Positions 1 through 9,066 of a DNA stretch of 64,000 nucleotides are shown piece after piece. How positions within the stretch are numbered: position 1 is the stretch's first letter; each line of letters begins with the position of its first letter. Origin of the DNA: an uncultured Bacteroidales bacterium (GTDB taxonomy: Bacteria > Bacteroidota > Bacteroidia > Bacteroidales > UBA10428); assembly GCA_964646255.1 (NCBI GenBank), contig CAZYDI010000001.1, forward strand, positions 35,213-99,212, written 5' to 3'. Below the pieces are notes generated by a model. It ran no database searches. It saw only the letters and a list, made by a program, of their open reading frames with translations, and had not been told where the DNA came from. The position numbers were made by a program, and so were the translations under genes.

Positions 1-771
1 CAAATAAGGGATGAAAACGACTGTTATCCTGTAATTCAATCCATGAGTGCCATTTCAGGGATTTCAGCCATCAATATCGCTGCAGAGCTGCTCAGCAACC
101 AAAATGGAGGCAAAGGCGTTCTGCTTGGAAGTGTTTCAGGCATTACTCCTACTGAAGTTGTTATCATAGGTGCCGGCACTATTGCTGAATTTGCCGGTCG
201 GGCAGCACTCGGTCTTGGTGCTGTTGTTAAGGTATTTGACAACTCCCCCCAGCGTCTTGAAGAACTTCAGCGGCAGCTCGGACAAAGATTGTATACCTCC
301 ATATTCCATCCAAAGGTGCTGCGCAGGACCTTGAAATCGGCTGATGTTGTAATAGGCGCAATTAACTTATGGGACAGGGGCCCGCGTTATTTCGTAACTG
401 AAGATATGGTACAGGAAATGAAGAAGGGCTCTGTTATCATTGACTTAAGCATTGACATGGGAGGCTGCATTGAAACTTCAGAATACCGGTCTATGCAGGA
501 TGCCACCTACATTAAACACAATGTTATTCATTATTCCGTGCCCAATTTGCCTTCCAGGGTTGCACGCACAGCATCCATAGCCCTTAGCAATATATTATCG
601 CCCATTCTTGTAACCGTTGGCAGTTCGGGAGGATTCAAGCCTTTCCTTAAAGCCAACCTTGGCGTTCGGAATAGCGTTTATATATACAACGGTATTCTTA
701 CCAACGAATACCTGGGCAATCAATTCGGAATCCCTTCAAAAAATATCGATCTGCTGATGGCAGCCTTTTGA
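1..771 (+). CDS. ald: alanine dehydrogenase family protein, 5'-truncated by the window edge
   Basis: The frame is open from nt 1, with no stop before the listed Met at 43. Rossmann motif VVIIGAGTIAEFAGRAA, IIDLSIDMGGCIETS and HYSVPNLPSRVARTAS parallel the NAD-binding/catalytic core of L-alanine dehydrogenases. Confidence 0.7.
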   Translation, partial: QIRDENDCYPVIQSMSAISGISAINIAAELLSNQNGGKGVLLGSVSGITPTEVVIIGAGTIAEFAGRAALGLGAVVKVFDNSPQRLEELQRQLGQRLYTSIFHPKVLRRTLKSADVVIGAINLWDRGPRYFVTEDMVQEMKKGSVIIDLSIDMGGCIETSEYRSMQDATYIKHNVIHYSVPNLPSRVARTASIALSNILSPILVTVGSSGGFKPFLKANLGVRNSVYIYNGILTNEYLGNQFGIPSKNIDLLMAAF

Positions 772-848
772 TTATGCTTTGAATGCATGATAAAAGCCAT
801 TGTTATCCTGTTTGTTTTCCGATACTTTTATAATAGGCATATATAACA

Positions 849-1574
849 ATGAATTACGAAAACATGCGCCTTTTAAAAAGGCGGCTTAGTGAATACCATG
901 CCGGATCATTGCTCGATGTTGCTGTTGGTCGTGGCGAATTCCTTAAGTTTGCGCTTGAGTCATTTAATTCATGGCATTGTGCAGCAGGAATAGATGATGA
1001 TCCGCTGGTTCTTGATGCCGCCAGAAAGTACCTTGCCGGTTTGCAGGTGATTTTAATCAAGGCATCAGCACTTTCTATGCCTTTCACCAAAGGGTATTTT
1101 GATACCATTACCATGTCCAATGCCCTGCATCATATTGAGAATACTTCAGCCCTGTTCATGGAAACCTGCAGGGTTTGCAAGCAAAAGGGACTTGTGGTAA
1201 TCAACGAAATGCTGAACGAAGAAAATACCCTTGATGAATCCTATATGCTTTATCACCGGATGATATCGGATGTTGATCATCAATTGGGCCGTTATCACAG
1301 GGAAACGTTTACCCTTAAAGAAATGCTTTCGTTAATAAAGGGGCATAACCTGGATCTGCTCGATTACTTTATTCATGCCGAAGACAATGATGATAGAATG
1401 AATAGTGCGGAAATTGAAGCCATTGTGGAACGGTTAAAAAACAGGGTAGCGCAATTGAAGGGAAGTGACTATTATTATTTTTATGAGAACAAGGTCCGCG
1501 ATGTCATTCAGGTATTAAAGAATAACGGCATTCAAAGACCCCGGCATGTTACTTTCCTGATGCAAAACCAGTAA
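849..1574 (+). CDS. class I SAM-dependent methyltransferase
   Basis: Motif I-like LLDVAVGRGEF and post-II ITMSNALHHI. Substrate unknown. Confidence 0.6.
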   Translation: MNYENMRLLKRRLSEYHAGSLLDVAVGRGEFLKFALESFNSWHCAAGIDDDPLVLDAARKYLAGLQVILIKASALSMPFTKGYFDTITMSNALHHIENTSALFMETCRVCKQKGLVVINEMLNEENTLDESYMLYHRMISDVDHQLGRYHRETFTLKEMLSLIKGHNLDLLDYFIHAEDNDDRMNSAEIEAIVERLKNRVAQLKGSDYYYFYENKVRDVIQVLKNNGIQRPRHVTFLMQNQ

Positions 1575-1602
1575 AAAAACTTCCTGCTTCAGCACTTAGT
1601 CC

Positions 1603-2598
1603 CTAAAACTCGGGGCAAGGCACCATCTTTACCTTATGCTTAATGGGTTTTGTTTTAAAAACATAGCTGACAGACACCTCATGGGCTCCTCCCGACTTTG
1701 CAATGAGACGGGAAATGGTAAAATCGTAACTATAACCAAAGTTAAGGTCACCCGTCTTAAATCCCAGCAACAGCGTAAAGGCATCACGGTTGAATACTTC
1801 CTTGTAAAAGGGAATGCCCCTGTACCATACTCCGGCTACAAACGGGCTGTGAAACCAATAGACACCCAAATCAAGCTGCCTGTATTGCTCCTGCTGTTTA
1901 TAAATAAAAGCCAGTTGAATGCTTGTTGGTACCGGTCGTAACAGTTTTTCAGGCCTTACAAATTTTACGCCGCCAAATACGGAATACTTGATGGGAATCT
2001 TACCCTGGTTCGCCTCATCTCCTTCATATAAATAAAGTGACTGGTTGGGCCTTAACAGATGGTCTACTGCCATTCCAAACCAAAACTTTGAGGAATAAGT
2101 CAGCAACGAAGTTGAAAAGTCAATGTCATCAGCGCTTTCCATCGTGCGGTTTTCCTGAGAACTCGACTGCGTTCCGTCGGGCGTTATCTGGTCACTCCAT
2201 GTGAGCCTGTCAAAATCAATGCCTCGTTCGGTATAGTTAAAATGCAATCCCGGCCTTGCATGCCATGTTTCAGTCAGCCGAAAATCAAATGAATACTGAA
2301 GGCCTATGCTCGTGGTACGCATCCTTCCCGTTCCTGCTATATCCTGGTATGCGAGTACCCCCAAGCCGCTGTTAAATTTGTCGACGAATTTATCAAACGA
2401 TACGGAATATGTCTGATATGCATGTTTAATTTCAGGCCACTGATTCCGGTAATTGAAGCTGATCCGATTTTTATCGGTGAGCCCTGCAAAGGAGGGTGCC
2501 AGGTATAAATAGTTTGAGTAGAATTGAGAAAACTGGGGATCCTGAGCAGCAGCCCTGTAACCAATAAACATCAGCAATATGATACATAGCTTTCTCAT
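1603..2598 (-). CDS. type IX secretion system outer-membrane protein, PorP/SprF family
   Basis: Signal peptide followed by the family signature AQDPQFSQFYSNYLYLAPSFAG. Size is 331 aa. The start overlaps the stop of the upstream type-B CTD adhesin by 4 nt (ATGA). Confidence 0.85.
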   Translation of the reverse strand: MRKLCIILLMFIGYRAAAQDPQFSQFYSNYLYLAPSFAGLTDKNRISFNYRNQWPEIKHAYQTYSVSFDKFVDKFNSGLGVLAYQDIAGTGRMRTTSIGLQYSFDFRLTETWHARPGLHFNYTERGIDFDRLTWSDQITPDGTQSSSQENRTMESADDIDFSTSLLTYSSKFWFGMAVDHLLRPNQSLYLYEGDEANQGKIPIKYSVFGGVKFVRPEKLLRPVPTSIQLAFIYKQQEQYRQLDLGVYWFHSPFVAGVWYRGIPFYKEVFNRDAFTLLLGFKTGDLNFGYSYDFTISRLIAKSGGAHEVSVSYVFKTKPIKHKVKMVPCPEF

Positions 2599-5500
2599 CT
2601 CAGCAAGGTTACGTCTCCTGTTTGTTCAAATGTCAATCCGCTGGTATATTTACCTTCCACTCTCCAGATATATACATCTTCCTTGGCAACCGTACCATTG
2701 ATCATACCATCCCAACCCATGTCCTTGTCGAAACTCTCAAAAATAAGTTCTCCCCAGCGATTGAAAATCATCAGATGATAATCCTCTACAAAATCAATTA
2801 ATGCCGGTTTAAATACCCTGTTTTCCTGCAAACTGGCTTCGGGACTAAACACATTGGGGAACTTCAAGGTTCCTACGGGCTCAACCAATACTGCTGCCTG
2901 ATATTCATAAACATCATAGCATTGCTTATCCGTCCATACGTTTAGGGTAACATTATAACTTCCTGCTTCTTCATATAAATGCACTGGGTTAACATCCTGT
3001 GATCCGTTTCCATCGCCAAAATCCCACAGGTATGTATTGCCATCCACCGGATAAGCACCATTGTCTGATTGATTTTCAAACAGTACGGCCTGGTCATTGG
3101 CATATACCCGCCGTGGCTTTATGTCGAAGAAGGCATTGGGCAAAACATACACATCATTATTTGTGCTGTAGGATGAGGCGCTTCCATCATCACCCCAGGC
3201 GGTTAGTTTTATAGTGTAAGTGCCGGGTTCGTAATAGGTATACTGGGGATTTGGCTTGTTTGAAACAGCACCATCACCAAACTCCCACAGGTATGAATTT
3301 GAATACATCGAAGTGTTTTGAAACTGTATGGTTAGCGGCATACAACCCGGCTCTACCGGCATGAATGCAGCAATAGGAGGATGCGGTACAATCTGCGCCG
3401 ACTCCCAAACACTGTCGGAACAATGTTCCCCTCTTACTACAAGGTATATTAAATAGTTTCCCGCACCCGGATAGGTATGGGGTAAAGGTTCCCGTAATTC
3501 GCTGTAAGTGCTGTCACCAAACTTCCATAAATATTCCCAGTTGCCTTCTTCAGTCGTATTGGTAAAGGCAATCGTCCTGTCGGGAATCATCTGGTATGAA
3601 GGATCAAGGGTAAAGGATGCACGGGGTGACGGATGAACGGTAATCAAGGTCTGTCCGGAATCTACGCATCCAAAGAAAGAAGTGGATACGAGCCTTACCA
3701 GGAAGACGGTGTCCTTATCGGTATCATTAACAAAGGTATGCATGATATTAAAATCACCGTCAGCAAATTGCCCGTCACCGAAATTCCATTGGTAATTTAG
3801 TCCTCCCGGTGTGGAGGACAACAATATGTCAGCCGGAGCGCAGGCATTATCAGGGAAAGTACTGATTACCAGCGGAGGATTGGGATATACAACAATATAT
3901 TCATTGGTGGTATGAATGCAATTGCTGGCATTTACAGCGGTAAGCTGAACATTGAAGTACTGTACCGAATTGCTTGTATTGCTAAAAGTATGAACCGGAT
4001 TGGCCTCTGCACTGATGTTTCCGTCACCGAAATTCCATGAATAGGAAATTGCATCTTCTGAATTATTGGTGAAATGAACATTCAGCGGACTGCAACCCGG
4101 CTCGGCATCGGAAACAAATATTGCCCTTGGCGCATCATTGAGTATGCTGACCGAATCAGCGGCCATACAGCCGTGATTATCCGTAACAGAAAATTTCAGG
4201 TGATAGGTGCCCTTCAGGAAAGTGTTAAATACAGGGTTTGGTATATTGATATCAGAAAGCGGCGTAGTCTGTCCACTCCATAAATATTGCGGATAAATTC
4301 CAGACCCTCCGCTTACATTGGCATTAAGTGGCAGATCAGCTCCTGTACAGGTGAGTGAATCACTTGTAATCACCACCTCAGGGTTTGGATATACGGTTAT
4401 ATAAATGGTATCTGAAGCATTGTTCAGGTTAATATCGTTTACACTGATGGTAATCATATAGTTCCCCTCCGAAGGGGCATTAAAAATCGGGTTGGAAATA
4501 TTCGTGGCATTTAAGTACTGAACATCACCGCCCCAAACAAAGGTATATGAAGGGGTTCCCCCAGTGGGAACAGCTGAAAGCTGGAGATTGGTATTAATGC
4601 AACCATTGCCTGACTTCGGAGTGATATCAAGAACGATGAGGTCGGCTTTAACGTCTATGGTCTTAACTGCGGGTGGGCCTTCACAACCCAGGCTATTGGT
4701 CTCTGTTACCGATATATTATATGTTCCTATATTCGGGAATTCAACAATTACAAAGTTCTGGTTTTCCAGCAAAAGATTCATTCCCGGAGGTATGGCCCAG
4801 TCATAGGTTGATCCGGGTTGGAAATTAACGGAATATATTACATTGGTCTGGTTGATTCCTACTGCCTCAGGTCCAATGATGGTTTGGGGGGAAGGAACAG
4901 GAAGAATGACTGCCATTACTTCACGCCTGCTGCTTTCACATCCCGTACTTTCATTAAATGTTGAAACATAATATCGGCGTGTATTGGTTAAATATTCGGT
5001 AACATATTGTTCGTCCTGCATCAATACACTGCCCCCTGTAAGACTGTCATACCACCGGGTCACGGTTCCGTTCAATCCCGCTGAAGCCATAAGCACAACC
5101 GTATCAGGTCCGCACTGTGTTACATCAGGAGCTACAGGAAAACCGGGAATCGGATGTATATTGACCATTACACGCTGTCGCGGGCTCACACAACCTGTTG
5201 TTTTATTGATTGTAGAAACCCAATAAGACGTTGTTGAAGTTAAATACGGTGTTGCAAATGATGCTGTTGTATCCAGCAAAGTGCCGCCGGTTTGGGCATC
5301 AAACCATTGGTTATGGTTTCCGTTAACACCCACTGTTGAGGCTATTGTCAACGCACCTTCACCGCAGCGTGCTGTATCATAGGCCACTGGAGTGCCCGGA
5401 ATGATGTCTATCTGTACATGAACAGGGACTCTTTCGCCTTCGCATCCTGTAATCGCATTATAACTGCTTACCCAATAGGTAACAGGAGCTGTGAGTACAG

Positions 5501-8384
5501 GTGTAACAAACGTATCAGCTTCAGCCAGGATAACACCTCCTGATGAAACAGCATACCACCTGTTGTTAGTCCCATAATTTCCGACCGCTGCGGGTATAGT
5601 CGCACTCACATTGCCGCAATGCTGTATGTCGGAAACCACAGGAACCGAAGGGATATCATGAATGGTAATATTTACCCTTCTTCTTGGACTTTCACATCCA
5701 TTGGTAAGGTTAATGGAAGAAATCCAGTAATCGGCTGCTGAGGATAAAACCGGCGTGGTAAAACTATTGCCTTCTGACAGCAGGGGCCCTCCTGAAGGGT
5801 TGTCATACCAGCGGTTAATATCACCTCCCGATCCGGTTGTTGATGTAAGTACCAGGGTTCCCGGGCCGCATCGTTCTCCATCTGCAGCAAAAGGAGCTCC
5901 GGGCATTGGTTTAAAGAGAATGCTGACTGTATCAGCGGTTGGAGGACATGAACCGCTCTCTATCCTCCATTCAAAAGTGTACAATCCTTCGTCACCTTCA
6001 TCAATCTGTGCAATTGCAGCAGATGAATGAATACCGGGTATAAATGCAACTTCACCAGGCCCGGAAATCAGACTCCAGGTCCCTGTACCACGGCCTGCAC
6101 TATTAGCCGAAAGCGTGGCCTGTGTTCCACATACACTATCGGCAGGTCCGGCATCAGCAGGAGGAACGGGCATGCCGAAATCTACCCTTACGGTGTCTGA
6201 TGTGATACAACTTGCATTTACAATGGTCCACGCGAATTCATATATTCCTGCATTTCCGGCGGCTATTTGCACGGTTGCATCAGGGTTATTTATGGAGGGG
6301 CTAAATATTGGAGGAACTGCTACCGGAGCTGATACCACGCTCCAAGTCGCTGTTCCGACTGTGGCACTGTTTGCACCGAGTGGTGAAGTAACCGAACTGC
6401 AAAGCATTTGGTCAGCTCCTGCATTTGCAGGGGCAGGAGCCTCATCACGGGTGATTGTAACAACATCACTGCTGCCGGGACAAATATTGTATTCACTGAC
6501 GGCGGTCCACCGGAATTGATTGTTGCCAAAGCCTATATTCGAAACTTCGGTGGCCGGATCATATATATCATCAATCAGCGATGTTCCTGAAATCACTGAC
6601 CAGGAACCGGTTCCGCCGTTGTCAACAGTGTCAGCAGAAAGGTTAACGGCCGAAGAATCACAAACTCCCCTGTCAGGTCCTGCGTTTGCAGGTGAAGGTA
6701 TCCGGTCTCTCAGGATTCTCACAGTATCGGTGGTGGTATTGCAAACGCCATAACGACTTCTTATCGTCCATGCAAACTGGTTTACTCCTCCTGCCAGTGA
6801 TGATACAGTGGCATGCGGATTATTGCTGTCGTTAAAGGCACCATTGCCCTGTGCTACCGTCCATGTTCCTATTCCGTTGTTGGTCACTGCCGATGCAGCA
6901 AGTATTGTGCTTGTGTTGTTGCAAAATTGCTGGTTGGGACCTGCATTGGCCGGGTCCGGCTGCTGATCGCTGGTAATAAGCACTTCATCAACCGAAATAC
7001 ACGGACCATTGGTAATGGTCCAACGGAACAGGTTCGGGCCCGGACTTAAATTGTAAACCTGGCTTTGGGGATTAAGCGGATCGTCTATGGTGGCAAGAGA
7101 TGTGGTGGTCCACCTGCCGGTCCCTATCACAGGGGTATTGCCATTCAGTGTATACTGATTATCACAAATAGCCGCATCATCTCCTGCATCCGGTGCAGGT
7201 ACCGGTATGTCGAATATCCTGAAGGATACCCTGCTCGGTGCACTTGCGCAAGCCCCTATGGTTTCGGTAACCCAGTATGAATATGTTCCTCCGGTAGTAT
7301 TATCGATATAGGTGGGAGTTCCAACCGGGTTAAAGCTGTTTCCGGTGTGAATATGGTGGGTAAGTAGGGAATCGGTGTACCAGTTTACCTGTCCTCCTGA
7401 CGTTGAAAGGGTAAGGTTAATAGGGCTTCCTGCGCAAAATTCCAGCGAAGGATTGGTGATCTCGGGCGGCGTGGTAATGATTTCTATAAGGGCAGTGGTG
7501 GTAATCGGAGGATTATCACCATTGATAAGATCAGAAGGAGGCACTGCATCAAAAGGATTCCGATCGTATGGGTTGCAGATGTTCCAGTTCCTGAGGGTGA
7601 TTTCAAAAATATCACCGGCAATCCCGCCGGCAGGAGCACTGATTGGCCAGGATATTTCAGTTGGACCATCAGCAGGGATGGGTATTTCCACTATTGGTCC
7701 CGGAACCGGCGGCAGGGAATTTCCGTCGGCATCCGTCATCTGGTAAATATTTCCCAGCGGATCCCGGATTGTAATATTGGGAATCCTGTCTCCTCCAATG
7801 CTGGTTGTACCATAAATAAACTGTACCCACCGGGTTATCCGGTTAGGCTTGTCGGGTTCAACGTTAATATTGCAGTTAAAAGTGGAATTGTCGGCAAAAA
7901 CCACATCAACAATATCCTCACCCTCGCAAAACTGGGCTACTACCGGATCAGTAATGATAACGGCGCCATTTTGATTGTCCCTGGCCCATGCACTGAATGT
8001 TTGTTCCTGGCGGCTGCTGCTCACGCACTGCTGTCCGTCGTAAACAACATAAGCCTCTGCGGTATATGAGCACTGGTCAGAAGGAGGGTAAAGGTGGGAT
8101 GCTGTAGCTGTGAAAACTGTGTCACCTTGTGAAATTGCCGGAACCTGGGTGGTAGCTCCTGTTCCATCGTTCCATACATATAATATCTCCACACGTGATG
8201 GATCAACAGGAAGTATGAATTTATACCGTACGTCCATGTTCAGGTTAACAGGGGCACAAACGCTTCCGGCTACCTGTCCGCTGTAATTGTCGGTGATCAG
8301 TGCGCACTGACCGGCAGCCTTCTGCGATAACATGGTTGCGAATAACGGAATTACGGTGAGTAGTTTTGTTAATGTGCCCCTCAT
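2595..8384 (-). CDS. giant (1929 aa) modular cell-surface adhesin with a T9SS type-B (gliding motility-associated) C-terminal sorting domain
   Basis: Signal peptide (MRGTLTKLLTVIPLFATMLSQKAAGQ). Five PKD-type W/FxFGDG motifs. Ig-like WY...GG.LL...YWVS...GCES modules. C-terminus FPNVFSPE...MIFNRWGELIFES...GWDG...DVYIWRV...GDVTLLR. Confidence 0.9.
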   Translation of the reverse strand: MRGTLTKLLTVIPLFATMLSQKAAGQCALITDNYSGQVAGSVCAPVNLNMDVRYKFILPVDPSRVEILYVWNDGTGATTQVPAISQGDTVFTATASHLYPPSDQCSYTAEAYVVYDGQQCVSSSRQEQTFSAWARDNQNGAVIITDPVVAQFCEGEDIVDVVFADNSTFNCNINVEPDKPNRITRWVQFIYGTTSIGGDRIPNITIRDPLGNIYQMTDADGNSLPPVPGPIVEIPIPADGPTEISWPISAPAGGIAGDIFEITLRNWNICNPYDRNPFDAVPPSDLINGDNPPITTTALIEIITTPPEITNPSLEFCAGSPINLTLSTSGGQVNWYTDSLLTHHIHTGNSFNPVGTPTYIDNTTGGTYSYWVTETIGACASAPSRVSFRIFDIPVPAPDAGDDAAICDNQYTLNGNTPVIGTGRWTTTSLATIDDPLNPQSQVYNLSPGPNLFRWTITNGPCISVDEVLITSDQQPDPANAGPNQQFCNNTSTILAASAVTNNGIGTWTVAQGNGAFNDSNNPHATVSSLAGGVNQFAWTIRSRYGVCNTTTDTVRILRDRIPSPANAGPDRGVCDSSAVNLSADTVDNGGTGSWSVISGTSLIDDIYDPATEVSNIGFGNNQFRWTAVSEYNICPGSSDVVTITRDEAPAPANAGADQMLCSSVTSPLGANSATVGTATWSVVSAPVAVPPIFSPSINNPDATVQIAAGNAGIYEFAWTIVNASCITSDTVRVDFGMPVPPADAGPADSVCGTQATLSANSAGRGTGTWSLISGPGEVAFIPGIHSSAAIAQIDEGDEGLYTFEWRIESGSCPPTADTVSILFKPMPGAPFAADGERCGPGTLVLTSTTGSGGDINRWYDNPSGGPLLSEGNSFTTPVLSSAADYWISSINLTNGCESPRRRVNITIHDIPSVPVVSDIQHCGNVSATIPAAVGNYGTNNRWYAVSSGGVILAEADTFVTPVLTAPVTYWVSSYNAITGCEGERVPVHVQIDIIPGTPVAYDTARCGEGALTIASTVGVNGNHNQWFDAQTGGTLLDTTASFATPYLTSTTSYWVSTINKTTGCVSPRQRVMVNIHPIPGFPVAPDVTQCGPDTVVLMASAGLNGTVTRWYDSLTGGSVLMQDEQYVTEYLTNTRRYYVSTFNESTGCESSRREVMAVILPVPSPQTIIGPEAVGINQTNVIYSVNFQPGSTYDWAIPPGMNLLLENQNFVIVEFPNIGTYNISVTETNSLGCEGPPAVKTIDVKADLIVLDITPKSGNGCINTNLQLSAVPTGGTPSYTFVWGGDVQYLNATNISNPIFNAPSEGNYMITISVNDINLNNASDTIYITVYPNPEVVITSDSLTCTGADLPLNANVSGGSGIYPQYLWSGQTTPLSDINIPNPVFNTFLKGTYHLKFSVTDNHGCMAADSVSILNDAPRAIFVSDAEPGCSPLNVHFTNNSEDAISYSWNFGDGNISAEANPVHTFSNTSNSVQYFNVQLTAVNASNCIHTTNEYIVVYPNPPLVISTFPDNACAPADILLSSTPGGLNYQWNFGDGQFADGDFNIMHTFVNDTDKDTVFLVRLVSTSFFGCVDSGQTLITVHPSPRASFTLDPSYQMIPDRTIAFTNTTEEGNWEYLWKFGDSTYSELREPLPHTYPGAGNYLIYLVVRGEHCSDSVWESAQIVPHPPIAAFMPVEPGCMPLTIQFQNTSMYSNSYLWEFGDGAVSNKPNPQYTYYEPGTYTIKLTAWGDDGSASSYSTNNDVYVLPNAFFDIKPRRVYANDQAVLFENQSDNGAYPVDGNTYLWDFGDGNGSQDVNPVHLYEEAGSYNVTLNVWTDKQCYDVYEYQAAVLVEPVGTLKFPNVFSPEASLQENRVFKPALIDFVEDYHLMIFNRWGELIFESFDKDMGWDGMINGTVAKEDVYIWRVEGKYTSGLTFEQTGDVTLLR
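2880..4133 (-). repeat. five tandem PKD domains (aa ~1418-1835)
   Basis: YSWNFGDGN..NPVHTF, YQWNFGDGQ, YLWKFGDST, YLWEFGDGA..NPQYTY and YLWDFGDGN..NPVHLY, spaced about 83 aa apart. Confidence 0.85.
4899..5897 (-). repeat. four tandem ~82-aa Ig-like modules (aa ~830-1162); a fifth diverged copy lies at aa ~310-392 (nt ~7209-7457)
   Basis: Repeated pattern C-G-x-G...RWYD...GG.LL...F.TP.L...YWVS..N..TGCES.R..V.V.I. This looks like the Ig-like domain commonly attached to CHU_C/type-B CTD proteins. Confidence 0.75.
5907..7202 (-). repeat. five tandem ~85-aa coding modules (aa ~394-826) inside the adhesin
   Basis: Each module starts P-x-P-A-[ND]-A-G-x-[DN]-x3-C, then G-x-G-x-W, then F-x-W-T-I...C...D-x-V-x-I (for example PDPANAGPNQQFC / PSPANAGPDRGVC / APANAGADQMLC / PPADAGPADSVC). 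Boundaries are approximate. Confidence 0.75.
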
Positions 8385-8400
8385 ACCTGACGCTGTGCTT

Positions 8401-8418
8401 ATCCGTTGCCCAACGGAT
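8401..8418 (-). promoter_or_regulatory. perfect inverted repeat ATCCGTTG-CC-CAACGGAT in the 5' leader of the adhesin gene
   Basis: Read directly from the sequence. It lies 17-34 nt upstream of the ATG at 8384. It could form a 7-bp stem with a 4-nt loop in RNA, or act as a palindromic operator. Confidence 0.3.
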
Positions 8419-8661
8419 GGTTTAGTTCGTCTCTTTTTTATTTCATTCTATCCCGGTTTTTTTCAGATTTTGGACGTTTAGGTCTGGTAGTCCGGATTTT
8501 TTGATCAGGTATACGATTTTTGTGACGAATGGTTTCGATGAGGTGACGAACTGCTGAAAAAAGATTAAATTTTGGGCTCCTGTTCCAACGCAGAAAGCCA
8601 ATTCGAACAATTACAACCGAATGGATGTTTGTTTATGAAATTCATATAAAAATTAAACGCT

Positions 8662-9066
8662 ATGAACATCGGGGACATTAATTTTTTGGCCGTATTGATA
8701 GCCGCGTTGTCATTTTTTGCTATCGGTGCTTTGTGGTATTCACCATTGCTCTTTGCTAATACCTGGATGAGGGAAGCGGGTCTAAAAAAGGAAGAAGTTG
8801 AAAAAGCCAATATGGCAAAGGTATTGGGACTTTCATTTTTGCTTTCCTTGCTTATCAGTTTTAACCTGGCGGCCTTTCTTGGCCCTGATGCCGGGCTTAC
8901 ATGGGGAATTTCTGCCGGAGCCCTGGCAGGAGCCGGATGGGTAGCTGCTTCCATTGGGATATTGTATCTGTTTGAAAGCAGGTCCTTTAAACTTTTCCTT
9001 ATTAATGCGGGCTATTTTATTTTCTCCTTTATGGTAGCAGGCGGAATAATTGGAGCCTGGCAATAA
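8662..9066 (+). CDS. DUF1761 family small membrane protein
   Basis: 134 aa with four hydrophobic segments. The N-terminus INFLAVLIAALSFFAIGALWYSPLLFANTWM is typical of DUF1761. Confidence 0.6.
   Translation: MNIGDINFLAVLIAALSFFAIGALWYSPLLFANTWMREAGLKKEEVEKANMAKVLGLSFLLSLLISFNLAAFLGPDAGLTWGISAGALAGAGWVAASIGILYLFESRSFKLFLINAGYFIFSFMVAGGIIGAWQ

Noticed and set aside
2999-8206. About twenty 60-134-aa ORFs on both strands inside the adhesin gene (for example 6115-6519 and 7375-7746)
   Set aside because: All lie within the continuous 5.8-kb coding frame, whose product has clear domain structure. They lack motifs and are the expected by-product of a long stop-poor gene.
8474-8482. A single ACGTTTAGG half-site resembling the LytTR-type decamer found at 52670-52700
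   Set aside because: It is only one 7/9 copy, with no partner at 21-bp spacing. That is insufficient to link the adhesin promoter to the LytTR regulator.
8424-8552. An 8-bp inverted repeat (AGTTCGTC / GACGAACT) flanking ~110 bp upstream of the adhesin gene, considered as an invertible phase-variation promoter
   Set aside because: The repeat is far shorter than the 15-30-bp repeats of known Bacteroidota invertible promoters. No site-specific recombinase gene lies in the window, and a match of this length is plausible by chance in 277 nt.
8565-8954. A 129-aa minus-strand ORF, and the similar antisense ORFs 13408-13758, 15238-15621 and 21971-22159
   Set aside because: Each is antisense to, and largely contained in, a gene with strong family motifs (DUF1761, sppA, lpxK, DUF4249). 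None has motifs of its own.
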